A stretch of DNA of 64,000 nt from Lama glama (lineage: Eukaryota), in NCBI GenBank assembly GCA_028534125.1, contig CM052816.1:78246001-78310000 (forward strand), written 5' to 3'. A model generated the notes under the pieces. It saw only the letters and a list, made by a program, of their open reading frames with translations. It did not search any database and was not told where the DNA came from. Of this stretch, positions 13,881-25,771 are shown one piece after another; within the stretch, counting starts at the first letter, position 1, and every line of letters starts with the position of its first letter. A program made the translations under genes and the position numbers.

Positions 13881-14218
13881 ATGGACGCCAATTTTTAGAC
13901 TTGTCTGTTGTGGAAACCACAGAACAACTTGGATTATTCTCTTGAAATTGCTTTTGCCAGTGTGTTTTAAATAAAGGTGCTTTTAAGGGATGGACTTTAC
14001 ATATTTCTCCTCTCGCATATTTTGTGAGTGTGATAGAGTTTATTTTTATATCTTTCTTCCATTAACTAATTTCACTTGTTTCGTGATGTTTATTAGTATC
14101 TATTCGTATGTAGCATTAGTGTTTTGAGTGCCAGTTCAGTATGTAGCAAAAATAACCTCTGCTACATTACAGGAGGTGATTTTTTTTAACTACTATTTTA
14201 TTTTATTTATTTTTTTAA

Positions 14219-14718
14219 NNNNNNNNNNNNNNNNNNNNNNNNNNNNNNNNNNNNNNNNNNNNNNNNNNNNNNNNNNNNNNNNNNNNNNNNNNNNNNNNNN
14301 NNNNNNNNNNNNNNNNNNNNNNNNNNNNNNNNNNNNNNNNNNNNNNNNNNNNNNNNNNNNNNNNNNNNNNNNNNNNNNNNNNNNNNNNNNNNNNNNNNNN
14401 NNNNNNNNNNNNNNNNNNNNNNNNNNNNNNNNNNNNNNNNNNNNNNNNNNNNNNNNNNNNNNNNNNNNNNNNNNNNNNNNNNNNNNNNNNNNNNNNNNNN
14501 NNNNNNNNNNNNNNNNNNNNNNNNNNNNNNNNNNNNNNNNNNNNNNNNNNNNNNNNNNNNNNNNNNNNNNNNNNNNNNNNNNNNNNNNNNNNNNNNNNNN
14601 NNNNNNNNNNNNNNNNNNNNNNNNNNNNNNNNNNNNNNNNNNNNNNNNNNNNNNNNNNNNNNNNNNNNNNNNNNNNNNNNNNNNNNNNNNNNNNNNNNNN
14701 NNNNNNNNNNNNNNNNNN
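14219..14718. other. Assembly gap (500 N)
   Basis: Run of n characters. Confidence 1.
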
Positions 14719-14719
14719 C

Positions 14720-16090
14720 AATTACATTTTTAAGAAATTGTATTTTCCTCAATTTGGATTAGTTTCCTCATGAATAGACAGGTTTGCATTTTTTTTGGCA
14801 GAAATATTACATAAATAAAGTTTTGTGTTTTTCAAGTTATCACACCAGAGGAGCATACTGTCTGCCCCTTACAGGTTAAGATATTATCCCTTTTCTCCAC
14901 TATTGGTATTTTTTCTTTTCTCGTTTTTTTGTAAATTATGAATTAATTTGTGGGAAGATACCTCTAGGATGTGTAAATATCCTATTCCTCATCAGAATCC
15001 TCCCTCTCTTTCTGTTTGATTTAGCATCCATTGATAGTTCTTTTGTGAATCAGTTTTTACTATGATCATTGCAAAATGTTGACATTCCACGTCTACCACC
15101 ATATAAAGTGTGGTCTCATTTATCCTTATTTTACTTAATAGACTAACCTATTTATTTTGACACTCACAGTGCCCCAGATTTGGCTCTTCAGTCTCATTCC
15201 TCTTTCTTTTTGACTTGCCTCTATCATACATTTACTTCTTTGCTTTGGACCATAAGATGTTCCAGGTCCATCTGGTTCCTTTCCTGCCCCAACCCTGAAA
15301 TCAGCTGTTTTTCCCAGGAATGCTGGTTCCTCTTACTGAAAAATGGTATTTAGAAATCAAGATCTGAGTGTTAAGTTTGCTCACTGTTACTAGGCTGTCT
15401 TTACTTTTGGTCTTTTTACAGGATAGAGGTAGAAATAGTGATTTGTATACTGATACATTCATGTATTACAGCCATCTAATCCTCAGTTTCTCTTCCTATT
15501 CAGGATTTTACAGCTGTCTAATATTGTCCTTTATCATGGAAGGATAAAAATTTACAATTACTGCATTTAGTTGTCAGGTTTTTTGTTTGGGACCAGTTTC
15601 TCAATCTTTTCCCAACTTTCATAGAAGGTTACGGATCAATTATTTTGTGGAATGTCCCTCAGTTTGGATTTCCCTTATATTTCCTTGTGATTAAATTCAG
15701 GTTATGTTCTTTTGCACATATGTTCCAGAGATTTTTTTCTCATTTTAATGATTAGGTGGCAGATGATTTCCATTTGTCCCATTTCTGATCATTTTCATTT
15801 TGATCACTGGATTAAATGGAATCTGCCTTGTTTCTTCGTTGTAAAGTTATTCTTTTGTCTTTTGAAATTAATGAGTATTTTATAGGGAGATATTTTGAAA
15901 CAATATAGATAGGCCATTTTTAACAAATGTTCAACTTATTGATAAATAAGTAATATTTTTATTTATGGATTCATGGTTTCCTATTTTATTCCATGGATTA
16001 TAAAATAATTACTATAATTTATTTTGATGCTCATATTGTCCTCAGTTTGGTCTTTGGGATCCCTTTCATTATGGCTTCTATGTCCTCACT
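14720..16090 (-). mobile_element. Old L1M (L1MC/ME-like) 3' fragments
   Basis: T-rich strand with aatggtatttagaaatcaagatctg and ttattttgatgctcatattgtcc motifs. Confidence 0.55.
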
Positions 16091-16860
16091 TTGCTTGGCT
16101 CCAACCTGCTGTGCCAGGCTCTCCCACTGCATGAACATCCTCCCAGTCACCCAGGAATGGACCATTCACCCCATATTATGCTCCCCTCACCCTAGTTGGG
16201 CTCTGACAGACTGTTTTTAGCCTCTACTGCAGCTATCCCCACACCCAGCATGAGGACTTGCTGGGCATCTTTACTTGATATTATCTCAGGGCTTCATTTT
16301 TATGTTGGTTAGTTTGGACTTTCTTACAGCTCGGTGGCTTAGCCTTGGATGATCTAGCATTGGAAAATACATAACATCACTTCCATTTTAGTCTTGGTCA
16401 GAGGAGTCAAAATCCCACCCAGTTTTTAGGGATGATGCATAAACCAGAGCTCTCAATGAGAAAAATGTGAGTCATGGTGTAAGAAGAGCATATGAGATGG
16501 GAGATATTCTTGTGGCCCTTTTTGGAAAATACAACTTACCTCACTGAGAAAATCACATCACATAGAAACTATATTGGCAAGATGTTGTCCTAGTTCATAT
16601 TTATCTTCATGGCCTGAGAAATTACTTGTCAAAGAAGCAAATTCATTTTGCCTGGCTATTCAAGATATGAGATACTGAATACATTGTCAACATTTTACCT
16701 TAAAAATAGAGTTAACTTGAGCTGATGAAAAGTAATTTACCAAAACTTTATGAAAATTTTAAACTAAAATCCTCAGTATTATGGGATGTTATCTTTTGTT
16801 GTTGTTTTTTACAGCATCTTGTGGCTTTTTACTTAATTGGTCATTGATATCTTAACAAGC

Positions 16861-16941
16861 ATGGAGATACGATTAGAAGTTTTGACATCAACAAGTATCA
16901 AGCAGAAAAAACCCTGGCCCCGAGTCTCCTGGCTGGGACAG
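16861..16941 (+). CDS. CPLANE1: CPLANE1 exon 2 coding part (MEIRLEVLTSTSIKQKKPWPRVSWLGQ); exon starts 16815
   Basis: acag acceptor ending 16814, in-frame upstream TAA 16834-16836, ATG 16861, CAG|gtaggt; matches recalled N-terminus MEIRLEIL. Confidence 0.95.
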
Positions 16942-17100
16942 GTAGGTTTTTCTTTTCTCAAATAGTATCAGTTGTAATATATATTAAATGTATGCTTTGC
17001 CTATAAGATTGAAGAAAGTTCTATGACCTTTAAAAATAAAATACGTGTAGAAGGATCACCTGGACACTGAACAGGGTTTTGTGTATTTGTGTAGTAAGAA

Positions 17101-17583
17101 GCTGGCAGAGATAGGAAGGGGGCATCAGTCTTTCTGTGATGTATCAGAGTTGTCACCACTCTCATCACTCTCTTGCTCCTTTTCTCCATCACTTGCTTCA
17201 TCGTTTCACTGTCCTCTGTTGCTTTGCTCTTGGAGACTGGGATAATGTGTCATCCTCACTCTCCTCTGCTCTGCTCTCCTGGAAATTCTGGGACGTAATC
17301 TCTTAGCTTGTAAAGTCCCAGTTTTTGAGATGGCACAGCCAGAACGCCTCTCTGCAGTTGTTGAGGATGAGCGTGGCTTTCACTCTGCAAACTAACAACT
17401 ACAGAGTCTTTTTGAGCAGAGACGCATGCTTGGTGAGTCTTGTGTCCTGGTGAATCTTGGAATGACCACACAGGTGATGAAGCAGCCTCATGTCCAACTG
17501 GAAGTTTTCCAGTAAGCTCAGAGCATTTTCCTGATATTTTCTAAAACTAAGTCTAGGAGTAGCATGACACTGCTTCAGAAATG
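17101..17583 (-). pseudogene. FANCD2: Processed (intronless) FANCD2 3' retrocopy with start of 3' UTR, disabled
   Basis: Minus strand translates [115 protein letters not shown]; collinear with recalled FANCD2 C-terminus; stops at 17399-17401 and 17303-17305, plus frameshifts. Confidence 0.93.
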
Positions 17584-17961
17584 AAAAGTCGTATCTATTT
17601 TAGCCTAAGTAAATAATTTAAAAACCTGCCCATACTGCTGTTCAGATTGATGAGATTAAACAGCAGAAGACTCAGATTAGGCTACCAGAATTGGAAGATA
17701 GTCCTATAATTCTAAACTTCAAAGAAATTTCAGTGTAACCATTAATTCATCCTACCTAGTAATTCTACAAGAGATACTTTAAGATAGGATGAAAAATCTT
17801 CAGGTTCCATAATCAACCTTATTGTTCACTCTGTGATGTGTAGCATATAGAAATAAATAATCTTTCTTAAATGTCACTGTATTTTCCTTTCTAGGATAGT
17901 TTATTTAGGTAAGCAGTTGAATGAATTTCTGACACCTCTTGTATCTTATTTCTTCTTTTAG

Positions 17962-18097
17962 GAAAATGAAGCTGTTTTTCTTTTGGATAATAAATTCATA
18001 AATGAAATTAATTTGCTATCAGGAAGGACAAAGAAGAAAATTCCTAGTCTTCAGCCTTTGTTGAAGGATGTTATAGTCCTAACAACATCCAATAATG
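17962..18097 (+). CDS. CPLANE1: CPLANE1 exon 3
   Basis: ttttag / G|gttaag; ENEAVFLLDNKFINEINLLSG; 136 nt. Confidence 0.93.
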
Positions 18098-18212
18098 GTT
18101 AAGTAATACTGATCTTTTCAAAAGTCTAGGTAAACTGTATTTTTTAATAACTTGGGATTAATATTAAGGGAAATATTAGATTGTAAGTATTGCATTTTCT
18201 TTTTGGAAACAG

Positions 18213-18332
18213 ATGCCTGGCTGGCTGGGGTACTTGCTACAGGGGAGCTTTTCCTTTGGAACAAAGATCAAGATTGTTTGAAAACTATACAAGCAACTGA
18301 AAAGCCTAAGGAAATGATTAAAGCTGCAGTAG
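18213..18332 (+). CDS. CPLANE1: CPLANE1 exon 4
   Basis: aacag / G|gtggga; DAWLAGVLATGELFLWNKDQD; 120 nt. Confidence 0.93.
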
Positions 18333-18727
18333 GTGGGAGTTTTTTGATTTGTTTAAACTGGTTTGACTTGATATTTAGGAGGAATAGAGGATAAAACATT
18401 TTCCTATTACTGTCTTAAAAATACATCTTTGTGTAAATATATATATATTTCCTTATATATGTAAATATTTCTTTGGTGGTGTTCATTTGTAAGAGATATT
18501 CATCTTGAAGAAAGTCTGGCATGCCTAACATACCTATGGTAGCAATGGGTTCCTAGTATCACATAATAAGTACATGTTAAAAGTTAGTATTATTGTACTT
18601 CTGATTAGTCTTACATCCTAAATGGAAACATCGTTTAGGTTCCTTATTGTCAGAATAGATAAAATTAGTACTTTTTGGCAGAATTCAGGCTTCAGAGGTT
18701 TCAGTACTTTTTTTTTTTTTTTTTTAG

Positions 18728-18960
18728 CAAGCTCTTTGAGACTGTACTTGTATGTATCTGACAATGGGAAAAGAGTGCTGCTTGTAACTCCTTCTGGATG
18801 GATGTTTCTTTGGGAACATTTGGAATTCAAGAATACCTTATCTTCTAAAAGCCCTACATCGGTGGGCCAGTGGTCCCAGATTATGCCTGAAGAAGCAGTG
18901 CCTTTGCCTTCCCCTGAAGATAAAGAAGCTGTAGTACATGCTGTTTTTATAAAAAATGAG
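18728..18960 (+). CDS. CPLANE1: CPLANE1 exon 5
   Basis: poly-T ag / GAG|gtaaaa; SSLRLYLYVS..AVFIKNE; 233 nt. Confidence 0.93.
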
Positions 18961-19596
18961 GTAAAATCCAAATCAGACAGGGTGTTATAGAAGTTGAGAT
19001 CTCGGACTCAAAGAGCAGACACCATCTGGGAAGCTGTTGAACAGAGTGTATAATGACATAGCTATGTATTTCCAGTCATCATTCATTGTCACAGTAATTG
19101 TAAAATTATCATGGAAAAAAATTTTTATATTTCTTGGTCACGTTTTGAAAGATGTTTACTAAAAATGGTTTGAACTTGGAGCTTCCTTTGTCTTTCCCTA
19201 GTTTTACTTTTCCCTAGTTTTGGAATATAACTGGTTTTGTGATCAAAAAAGCTAGAATTGTTGATATTAAGTAAGCCATTTATTCCCAGGAAATAACACA
19301 TTCATTAACTAAAAAAACATTTAAAATAGCTCTTTGTATGCATTTTATTACCCAGTCCACTATTGTGAGAAATTGCATTTTGAAGTTTTATTGTTTTCCT
19401 ATACCTCCCTCAACCCCCACCAATAGTGCCCCATTTTAAATAATATGTAACTATAAAAGAGAAAAATAAATATGTAAGCATACATAAATAAATGGCAGTG
19501 TTTTCTTAAGAGAGTAAAGTTCACCTTGATTTCCCATTTGAGACACGCCTCTGGCTCAGAAATAAATTACTTAGTCTTTAGCTTAATTAAAAAATT

Positions 19597-19737
19597 TTTT
19601 TTGGGTGTTGGGGGAGGTAATTAGGTTTATTCATTTATTTATTTATTTACTTACTTATTTTTTAACGGGGGTACTGGGGATTGAACACAGGACCTCGTGC
19701 ATGCTAAGCACACGCTCTACACTAAGCTATATCCTCC
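19597..19737 (-). mobile_element. Camelid-type tRNA SINE
   Basis: ggaggtaattaggtttat..gtactggggattgaac..ctaagctatatcctcc. Confidence 0.85.
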
Positions 19738-19894
19738 TGTCAACTTAATGTTAAGCTATGTGTTAAGAATAAAAATACAAGCAGGATCTTGGTATGTTTC
19801 ATTTATTTTATTTATGATGACAAATATATGTTGCATAGATCTTGACTTATCTTCAGATTAATTACGTACTAAAGTGTATTAAATTTGCCTGCAG

Positions 19895-20001
19895 TTATTT
19901 GGAGACTGCTGCTTGTGTTCATTTGCTTTCTTTTCCGGGGAAAGCCTGAAGTTAACATTTCTAGCAATTCGGTGGCATGAAAATGCGCTTACACCTATGA
20001 G
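19895..20001 (+). CDS. CPLANE1: CPLANE1 exon 6
   Basis: tgcag / AG|gtgagg; LFGDCCLCSF..IRWHEN; 107 nt. Confidence 0.92.
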
Positions 20002-20427
20002 GTGAGGTAAATGTTTCCTTCTTCCTTGTTTTATAAAACTATTATCTCTTGGCCCACAAATGCATAATAAAATTAGTAAATGAAATGTGAATTTCAACTT
20101 CTGGTGCTTCACAAATCCTTTCTTCCTTTAAGTATTGTTCTGTTTCTTTAGTTTTCCTTTTAAATATTTATTCTAGAAAGTTTTTCTTGTTTTTGTTTTG
20201 TTTTCCTTCTTGGAGAACACATGAAAGGTATGGCAGACTATGGCTTTGCTTGTCTAAAGACTATAAAGTAACTCTTTTGAAAAGTAATTCAACTGGATTT
20301 TTTAAAGGACATAACTTACTGAATTCACTGCTATACCTTTTAAATGTGCAAGTTTTTTACATTAAAAATAGTTTTATTTATTCTAAAAGCCCAGTAAAAC
20401 AAAATACATTAAAAGCATACAATGACT

Positions 20428-20595
20428 GGGGGAAGGTACAGTTCAAGTGGTAGAGCCCATGCTTAGCATGTGTGAAGTCCTGGGTTCAATCCCCGGTACC
20501 TCCTCTAAAAATAAATAAATAGACCTAATTACGTCCTCCCACAAAAATAAATAAATAAATAAACAACCAAATAAATAAATAAATAAAACTTCTAA
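20428..20595 (+). mobile_element. Camelid-type tRNA SINE
   Basis: Head, body, (AAAT)n tail; TSD aaaagcatacaatgact (20411-20427) / aaaagcatataaagact (20596-20612). Confidence 0.88.
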
Positions 20596-21115
20596 AAAAG
20601 CATATAAAGACTAAGATTTAATAAAATGTGAGGTTTTTTGTTTTTTCTGTTTATTTTCTTTGTTTTCTATGCTAGCAGTACTTTTATTAAAGTATAATTA
20701 ATATAAAGTAAAATGAACAAATCTTAAATATACAGCTAGATGGCCTTTGATAAATACACATATGCCTGTAACCATCCTCTTATCAGTGCCACTATCCTAA
20801 AAATCCCCTCTTCTCTGTTTAATCTGTGTAAAAATGTGTGCAGTAATGTGGAAATATTGCGTCTAAACCTTTAGTGGTTGCAGATGTGTTTGGGTTGGGT
20901 ACAGAACATGCCATTACTAACAAAACCCTGATATGGATCTTGCTTGTTTAACTAGCAGTTGCTCTTTTACGCCCTATATGGAACTTCTGAACACTTGCTA
21001 AGAGACCCCATATATATGTACACATGTAGGAATTTAGTTGGACCCTTTATTTTTTTGTTATGAAATGTATATATATGCATATTTCCTGTTCTTAATTAGC
21101 TCATTACTTTCTTAG

Positions 21116-21272
21116 GTCATTGACATACCATGTTCAGTGGGCACAGCAAGACTGCCTTCTGCACAGTCTTATTCCTAAGTGTGAATCAGTAAAGTCAAGA
21201 GGAGCTCTGATTTCTGCCTTTTCAAGAGACGGACTTACCTTGGCAGTAACTCTTAATCAGAAAGACCCGAAG
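21116..21272 (+). CDS. CPLANE1: CPLANE1 exon 7
   Basis: cttag / AAG|gtcagt; YHVQWAQQDC..NQKDPK; 157 nt. Confidence 0.93.
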
Positions 21273-21666
21273 GTCAGTAAAAAAGAGTTTAGTTCAGTTT
21301 TGAGATTTTTTTTTTACCCTTAAGATAGTTTTTTTTCTTCTTAATACTACTTTATGTTCTTTAAATTGGTGGTTTCTGATCCAACTTGATGTTGTAAATT
21401 GGTAAAATTTTTAAAATTAGCTGACATAGTTTTCAGAATTTGACCCTCAGAAGTGAAAAGAGGATAGTGGAAAAGGAAGAAAGAAAGGCAAAGTGGTAAC
21501 TTGATACTCTTGAAATGTAGTATAAAAGAAAGAAGACTTATAGGTGGTCAATATTACCTTGCCAGTTGGGAAAGTCTCTAGATAGTTCATTGATATAATC
21601 TCTAGATCTGCAGAATTATAAGTATAATAATTTTAATGGTTTTGTTGTCTTTTTTTTTCTTTCTAG

Positions 21667-21770
21667 TCAACTCAGGTATTATTTATAAACACACTGAATT
21701 TTGTTACTCTCTGTGGTAGCCTTAAAGGATGTAGTAATAAGAATCCTGTGGTTCCAGCAACACTTATCAG
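21667..21770 (+). CDS. CPLANE1: CPLANE1 exon 8
   Basis: ttctag / AG|gtaaga; STQVLFINTLNFVTLCGSLKG; 104 nt. Confidence 0.93.
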
Positions 21771-22919
21771 GTAAGAATTCTTTTGTATTTCTAGTGTTTT
21801 TCTTTTCTTTTCTAATAGTCTAATAAGTTTAAGGCTCTGATAATACAGTAAGTGTCTAAGTAGGTATTTAGATAGATAATGCAACTTTTAGCATTTGTGC
21901 TTGATAGATTCTAATAATTGCTTTATATAAGGAAGGCCTTAAATGCCTCAGGAAAGGATCTGATAGGGTAGAAGTCGATGAACATATTTTCTTTTTTGTT
22001 TGTTTCTGTGTTGCCTCAGGAGGAGTAGAATCGTGATTGGGTAGAGAAATACTGGGCTTAGTTAGAGAGACTGAACGGAAAAACCTGGATTGGGAAGACC
22101 ATTATATACTCAGGTTGAGGTGTTAATAGCCTTTTAAACAAAAGTAGCATTCTCTGCGTAAGATAGCAACATAGCAACATAAATGGTGGTTTTGGATGGC
22201 AGATGGACTTACGCAGGATTGTAGAGCAGGAATATTTCCTTTTGGAGTCTCCAGATTTCCTTTTCTGGATACTTCTGTGTGTTCTCTGAATATCCAAAGT
22301 TTTTAGATTCATCCAGGCTGCCTCTTTATTTTCTTTCTCTCCCCTAAAGTTCCTTTCTAGAAGTATTACTGGTCTCAGTTCAGTGGTTTCTTTGACTTAG
22401 GGTGGTCATCATTTACAAGAGGAGGAGCTACTTTTTATCCCCATGAAAGAAACATTATTAATATTATTAGATACTTAAGGAGTAGTAATGGCTTTGGGAG
22501 GAGGGAGTCTGCTACTGAGTGGAGCTCTGGCAGGCTGCAGAGAAGACAGGCATGGTATTCACTTCAGATCTACCAGTAGATCTTAGCTGTGGACACCACT
22601 AGAATTAAAAGTTGTTCTAATTATGATCTAAGGGACTAAAAAGCTCTGCTTTTTTAGGTAGTATTTCCATCTTATGGTTTGCTTATGAATCTAGGTAAAT
22701 TTCTAACTGGTATGTTGTGTAGAGTAGATGTTTATGCACAAACGCCTTTTTTCTTACCTTTTTTCTGGGAAGTAGAATACACAAAATGTATGTGACATTT
22801 GCCTACAATTCATTCTTTTGCCATTATATTTTGAAGTGTCTCACCCCTCCTTGGCCATTATAAACTGTCAAAGACATTGTAGAGAGTCCTTTCTAAACAT
22901 ATTGTCTTGCTTTTTCTAG

Positions 22920-23102
22920 GTCGTACTGGGTAGGTGATATCAGCTGGACTCATGATAGTCTTTTTCTGGCTTGTGTGTTAAAACGTGGCTCCCTAGTTTT
23001 GTTGACCTGCCAAGGTGAATTGCTAACGTTAATTACATTTGGTTGCTCTATAGAATTTGGGCCAGCAGAATTTATTCCTCTTCACCCACTAATAACATAT
23101 AG
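22920..23102 (+). CDS. CPLANE1: CPLANE1 exon 9
   Basis: ttctag / AG|gtgaga; SYWVGDISWTHDSLF..PLHPLITY; 183 nt. Confidence 0.93.
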
Positions 23103-23549
23103 GTGAGACATTTGAATTGTTTTAATTTATTTACAAATGTTTTTCTCTTTTGATATTACTTTACTTTTTTTTTAAAATAATTTCATCTTTCACATTGTCT
23201 TATTCTTTCTTTGAGTCTGTCATCTCAATATCTGTTTCTTATTTATAGTTTTCTTCTATTTCTTTTTGTGGCTTAATCCTGGTGAAAATTTGACATTGTG
23301 GCTATGTAAGTATATGTTATTTAAATATTCAATAGCACTAAAAATGTATCTTCTTGATATAAAAGTTAATAAAAATGTGATATGTCCTTTACTGTTTTAA
23401 AAGAAGAACACAATTACTTAAATTAATAACTCAAAATTAACTTGGCATATGGATTTATTTACTTTTTTCCTAGAAGGAAAAAGGGGAAATGTTGTTGAAA
23501 ATGGATAGAAGACTTTAGAAGTTAGCCATATTTTAATTTTTAGTGAGAT

Positions 23550-23735
23550 GGGGTAGCAGTTTGGCTTTGGAGTCATACAGATCAAGATTCAAATCTGGGT
23601 TCTTCTGTTTATTAGTTGTGTGACTTTGGGTAAGTTATTCTTCAAGCCTCTGTTTCTTTTACTGTGAAATGAAGACGACAATAATTGTCTCTTAGGATTG
23701 AGGGATGAAGTAAGTGCTCAGTAAATGTTTGTTGT
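23550..23735 (+). mobile_element. MIR SINE
   Basis: ggctttggagtca..ttgtgtgactttgggtaagtta..aagtgctcagtaaatgtt. Confidence 0.65.
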
Positions 23736-25033
23736 TACTGGGTGGGATTATTATATATGGCTAGCCACATATACACAGGTATGTACAAAACAAAAAAAAA
23801 TTGGAAAAGGTCTTTGAAACTAATCCATTCCCTTTGCTTTATAGAAGGGAAACTGAAGAGGGCTGTCCTTCTGATTATGTTTAGCAAAAAGTTGTGCTGA
23901 ATTTTTAGCAGTAGAAAATTCTAATGGGAAAACTTGTCACTTCATGCAGTGAAAGTGTTTTTTCCCTTATTTCTTCTGGTCTGATTCGTAATTGACTTGA
24001 ATTTCTTCACATTTTCCTTTAAAATTAATATTTGGGGTCTTTCAAAATGGATTGCTTCTTCTGATTATAAAAGTAATACATATTTGTTATTTTAAAAACT
24101 TAAAAATCAAATGGTACAAAACTAAATAATGTAGAAAGTGAAAGACTTGTAATCCTGTTTCTCAGAGATAAAATTATTAGCATTTGAGTGTGTTGTCCTC
24201 CAAATTAAAAAATTTATATAACAATTACAATAACATTAGTTTCTTTTTTAAAGCAAAATATCATATATGCTGTTTACTATTTTGCTTTTTTATTTAACTC
24301 CATGTCTTATACATCTTTCCACAAGGTCACTTTTTATTAGTAGTATAGATTTCATAGTGTGTACATTCTATAACTAGTCTTCTATTGTGGACCATTTGGC
24401 TAATAAAATCTAAATTTGAATAGTTCCCTAACCAGAAAAAAATTTGTATTTTTATTATTTGTTCTCTTTATATTTATAAAACCCCCAAATTAATAATCAG
24501 TGATATTAAGTACTCAGAATCAGGCACCATAACAATAAATAACTATATTTATGTGGAAACTCAGTCAAATTTAATCTTAAGCTGATAAAATTTTACTTAC
24601 CACCATCCTCTTCAAATATCCTCTCAGTTTCTTTTCTTTTCCTTAACAACAATGTACTCGTAACTCCTAATTATATTCTTATAAGTATAATATGGTAAGA
24701 AGGAAAGTTAACTATTTAACTCTCTTTAATAGTAAAAAGTGAACTACCTCAATTCTTTTCTGAAAGAGGTTCTATAAAACTAGATTAAAAACAAAATAGA
24801 ATAAATGCCACAATTCTGAGAAAATTTTAAAAACCACGTAGGTCCCTATTAGTCACTTATGTTTTCCTTACAGATACATGCATGTTTAATATTTTTGTAT
24901 TTAATTTGCTTGGTTTTTTATTATTCTAGAACTTTTAATCTTTTTGTTTCTTTCTTTTTGTTTGGAATAATATGACTGTTTCTGTTAAGATTTTTCTCTC
25001 ACTAATTCTTGAATTTTGATATTTATTTGCTAG

Positions 25034-25283
25034 ACCACAGCAGTTTACATTTCAAGATTCGAATAATTCTGTAGATTCATCAGCTTCTGATAGTGACCCT
25101 ATGAGACAGAGATTTTCTATAAAAGCACACTCACGGTTACCCTACCTCATTATTTCTGATGGATACATGATCACAACCCTTCGATTTCTTGATAATCTGT
25201 CTCCGTCAGTGCTCATGAGATCCCTTCTACTTGATTCAACCCAGAGACTTGAGAAAACATACCAAAGTGTGATACTGTCTAAG
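25034..25283 (+). CDS. CPLANE1: CPLANE1 exon 10
   Basis: gctag / AAG|gtatag; PQQFTFQD..QSVILSK; 250 nt. Confidence 0.93.
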
Positions 25284-25457
25284 GTATAGTGCTTTTTGGT
25301 ATCATTAGTGAAAGTTGGCTTCTTAGTCTTTTCCGATTTTAAACTGTGCTGACAGTTATGTCCTTGGATTATATACAGTTGTCTATCAAAGTCTTAATTG
25401 TAGTAGAATTATGGGTAAAATTTTGCTCCTGGAAATCTCTTATCTTTTCTTCTATAG

Positions 25458-25613
25458 CCAAACAGCAAAGGGCTGAACTTGAGATCACTGGATTCCCTAA
25501 GATCTAGCTTGTTAAAACACCAAGGAAATGAACATTCAGCTGATTCTACTGTCCCGAGATTCTTGCAGGCAGAAGAAACAATGAAATTAAATGAAAAAAC
25601 AGCAAATTTACAG
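25458..25613 (+). CDS. CPLANE1: CPLANE1 exon 11
   Basis: ctatag / CAG|gtactt; PNSKGLNLRSL..ANLQ; 156 nt. Confidence 0.92.
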
Positions 25614-25771
25614 GTACTTAGTAGCAGTGTTTTATTTACTTTGAGCAGTTACATATTGACTTTGTTCTTGTTTTTCTCTTATTAAAGGAAGAGAAACTTG
25701 AGAACATCAAATGATTCTACTTGTAAGGTATTTAATGATACTAAGTATAATTTTTTTCACTCATGTTTTAG

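Noticed and set aside
14128..14752. ORFs of 168-201 aa
   Set aside because: Artefacts of the N gap
1094..16861. NUP155-CPLANE1 read-through fusion protein (same strand, close, and phase is compatible from 1094 to 16815)
   Set aside because: In-frame TAA at 16834-16836 blocks a fusion ORF
17010..17605. TSD and poly(A) for the FANCD2 retrocopy (gaaagttctatgaccttt vs aaaagtcgtatctatttt)
   Set aside because: Only about 11 of 18 positions match and there is no clear T tract; not claimed
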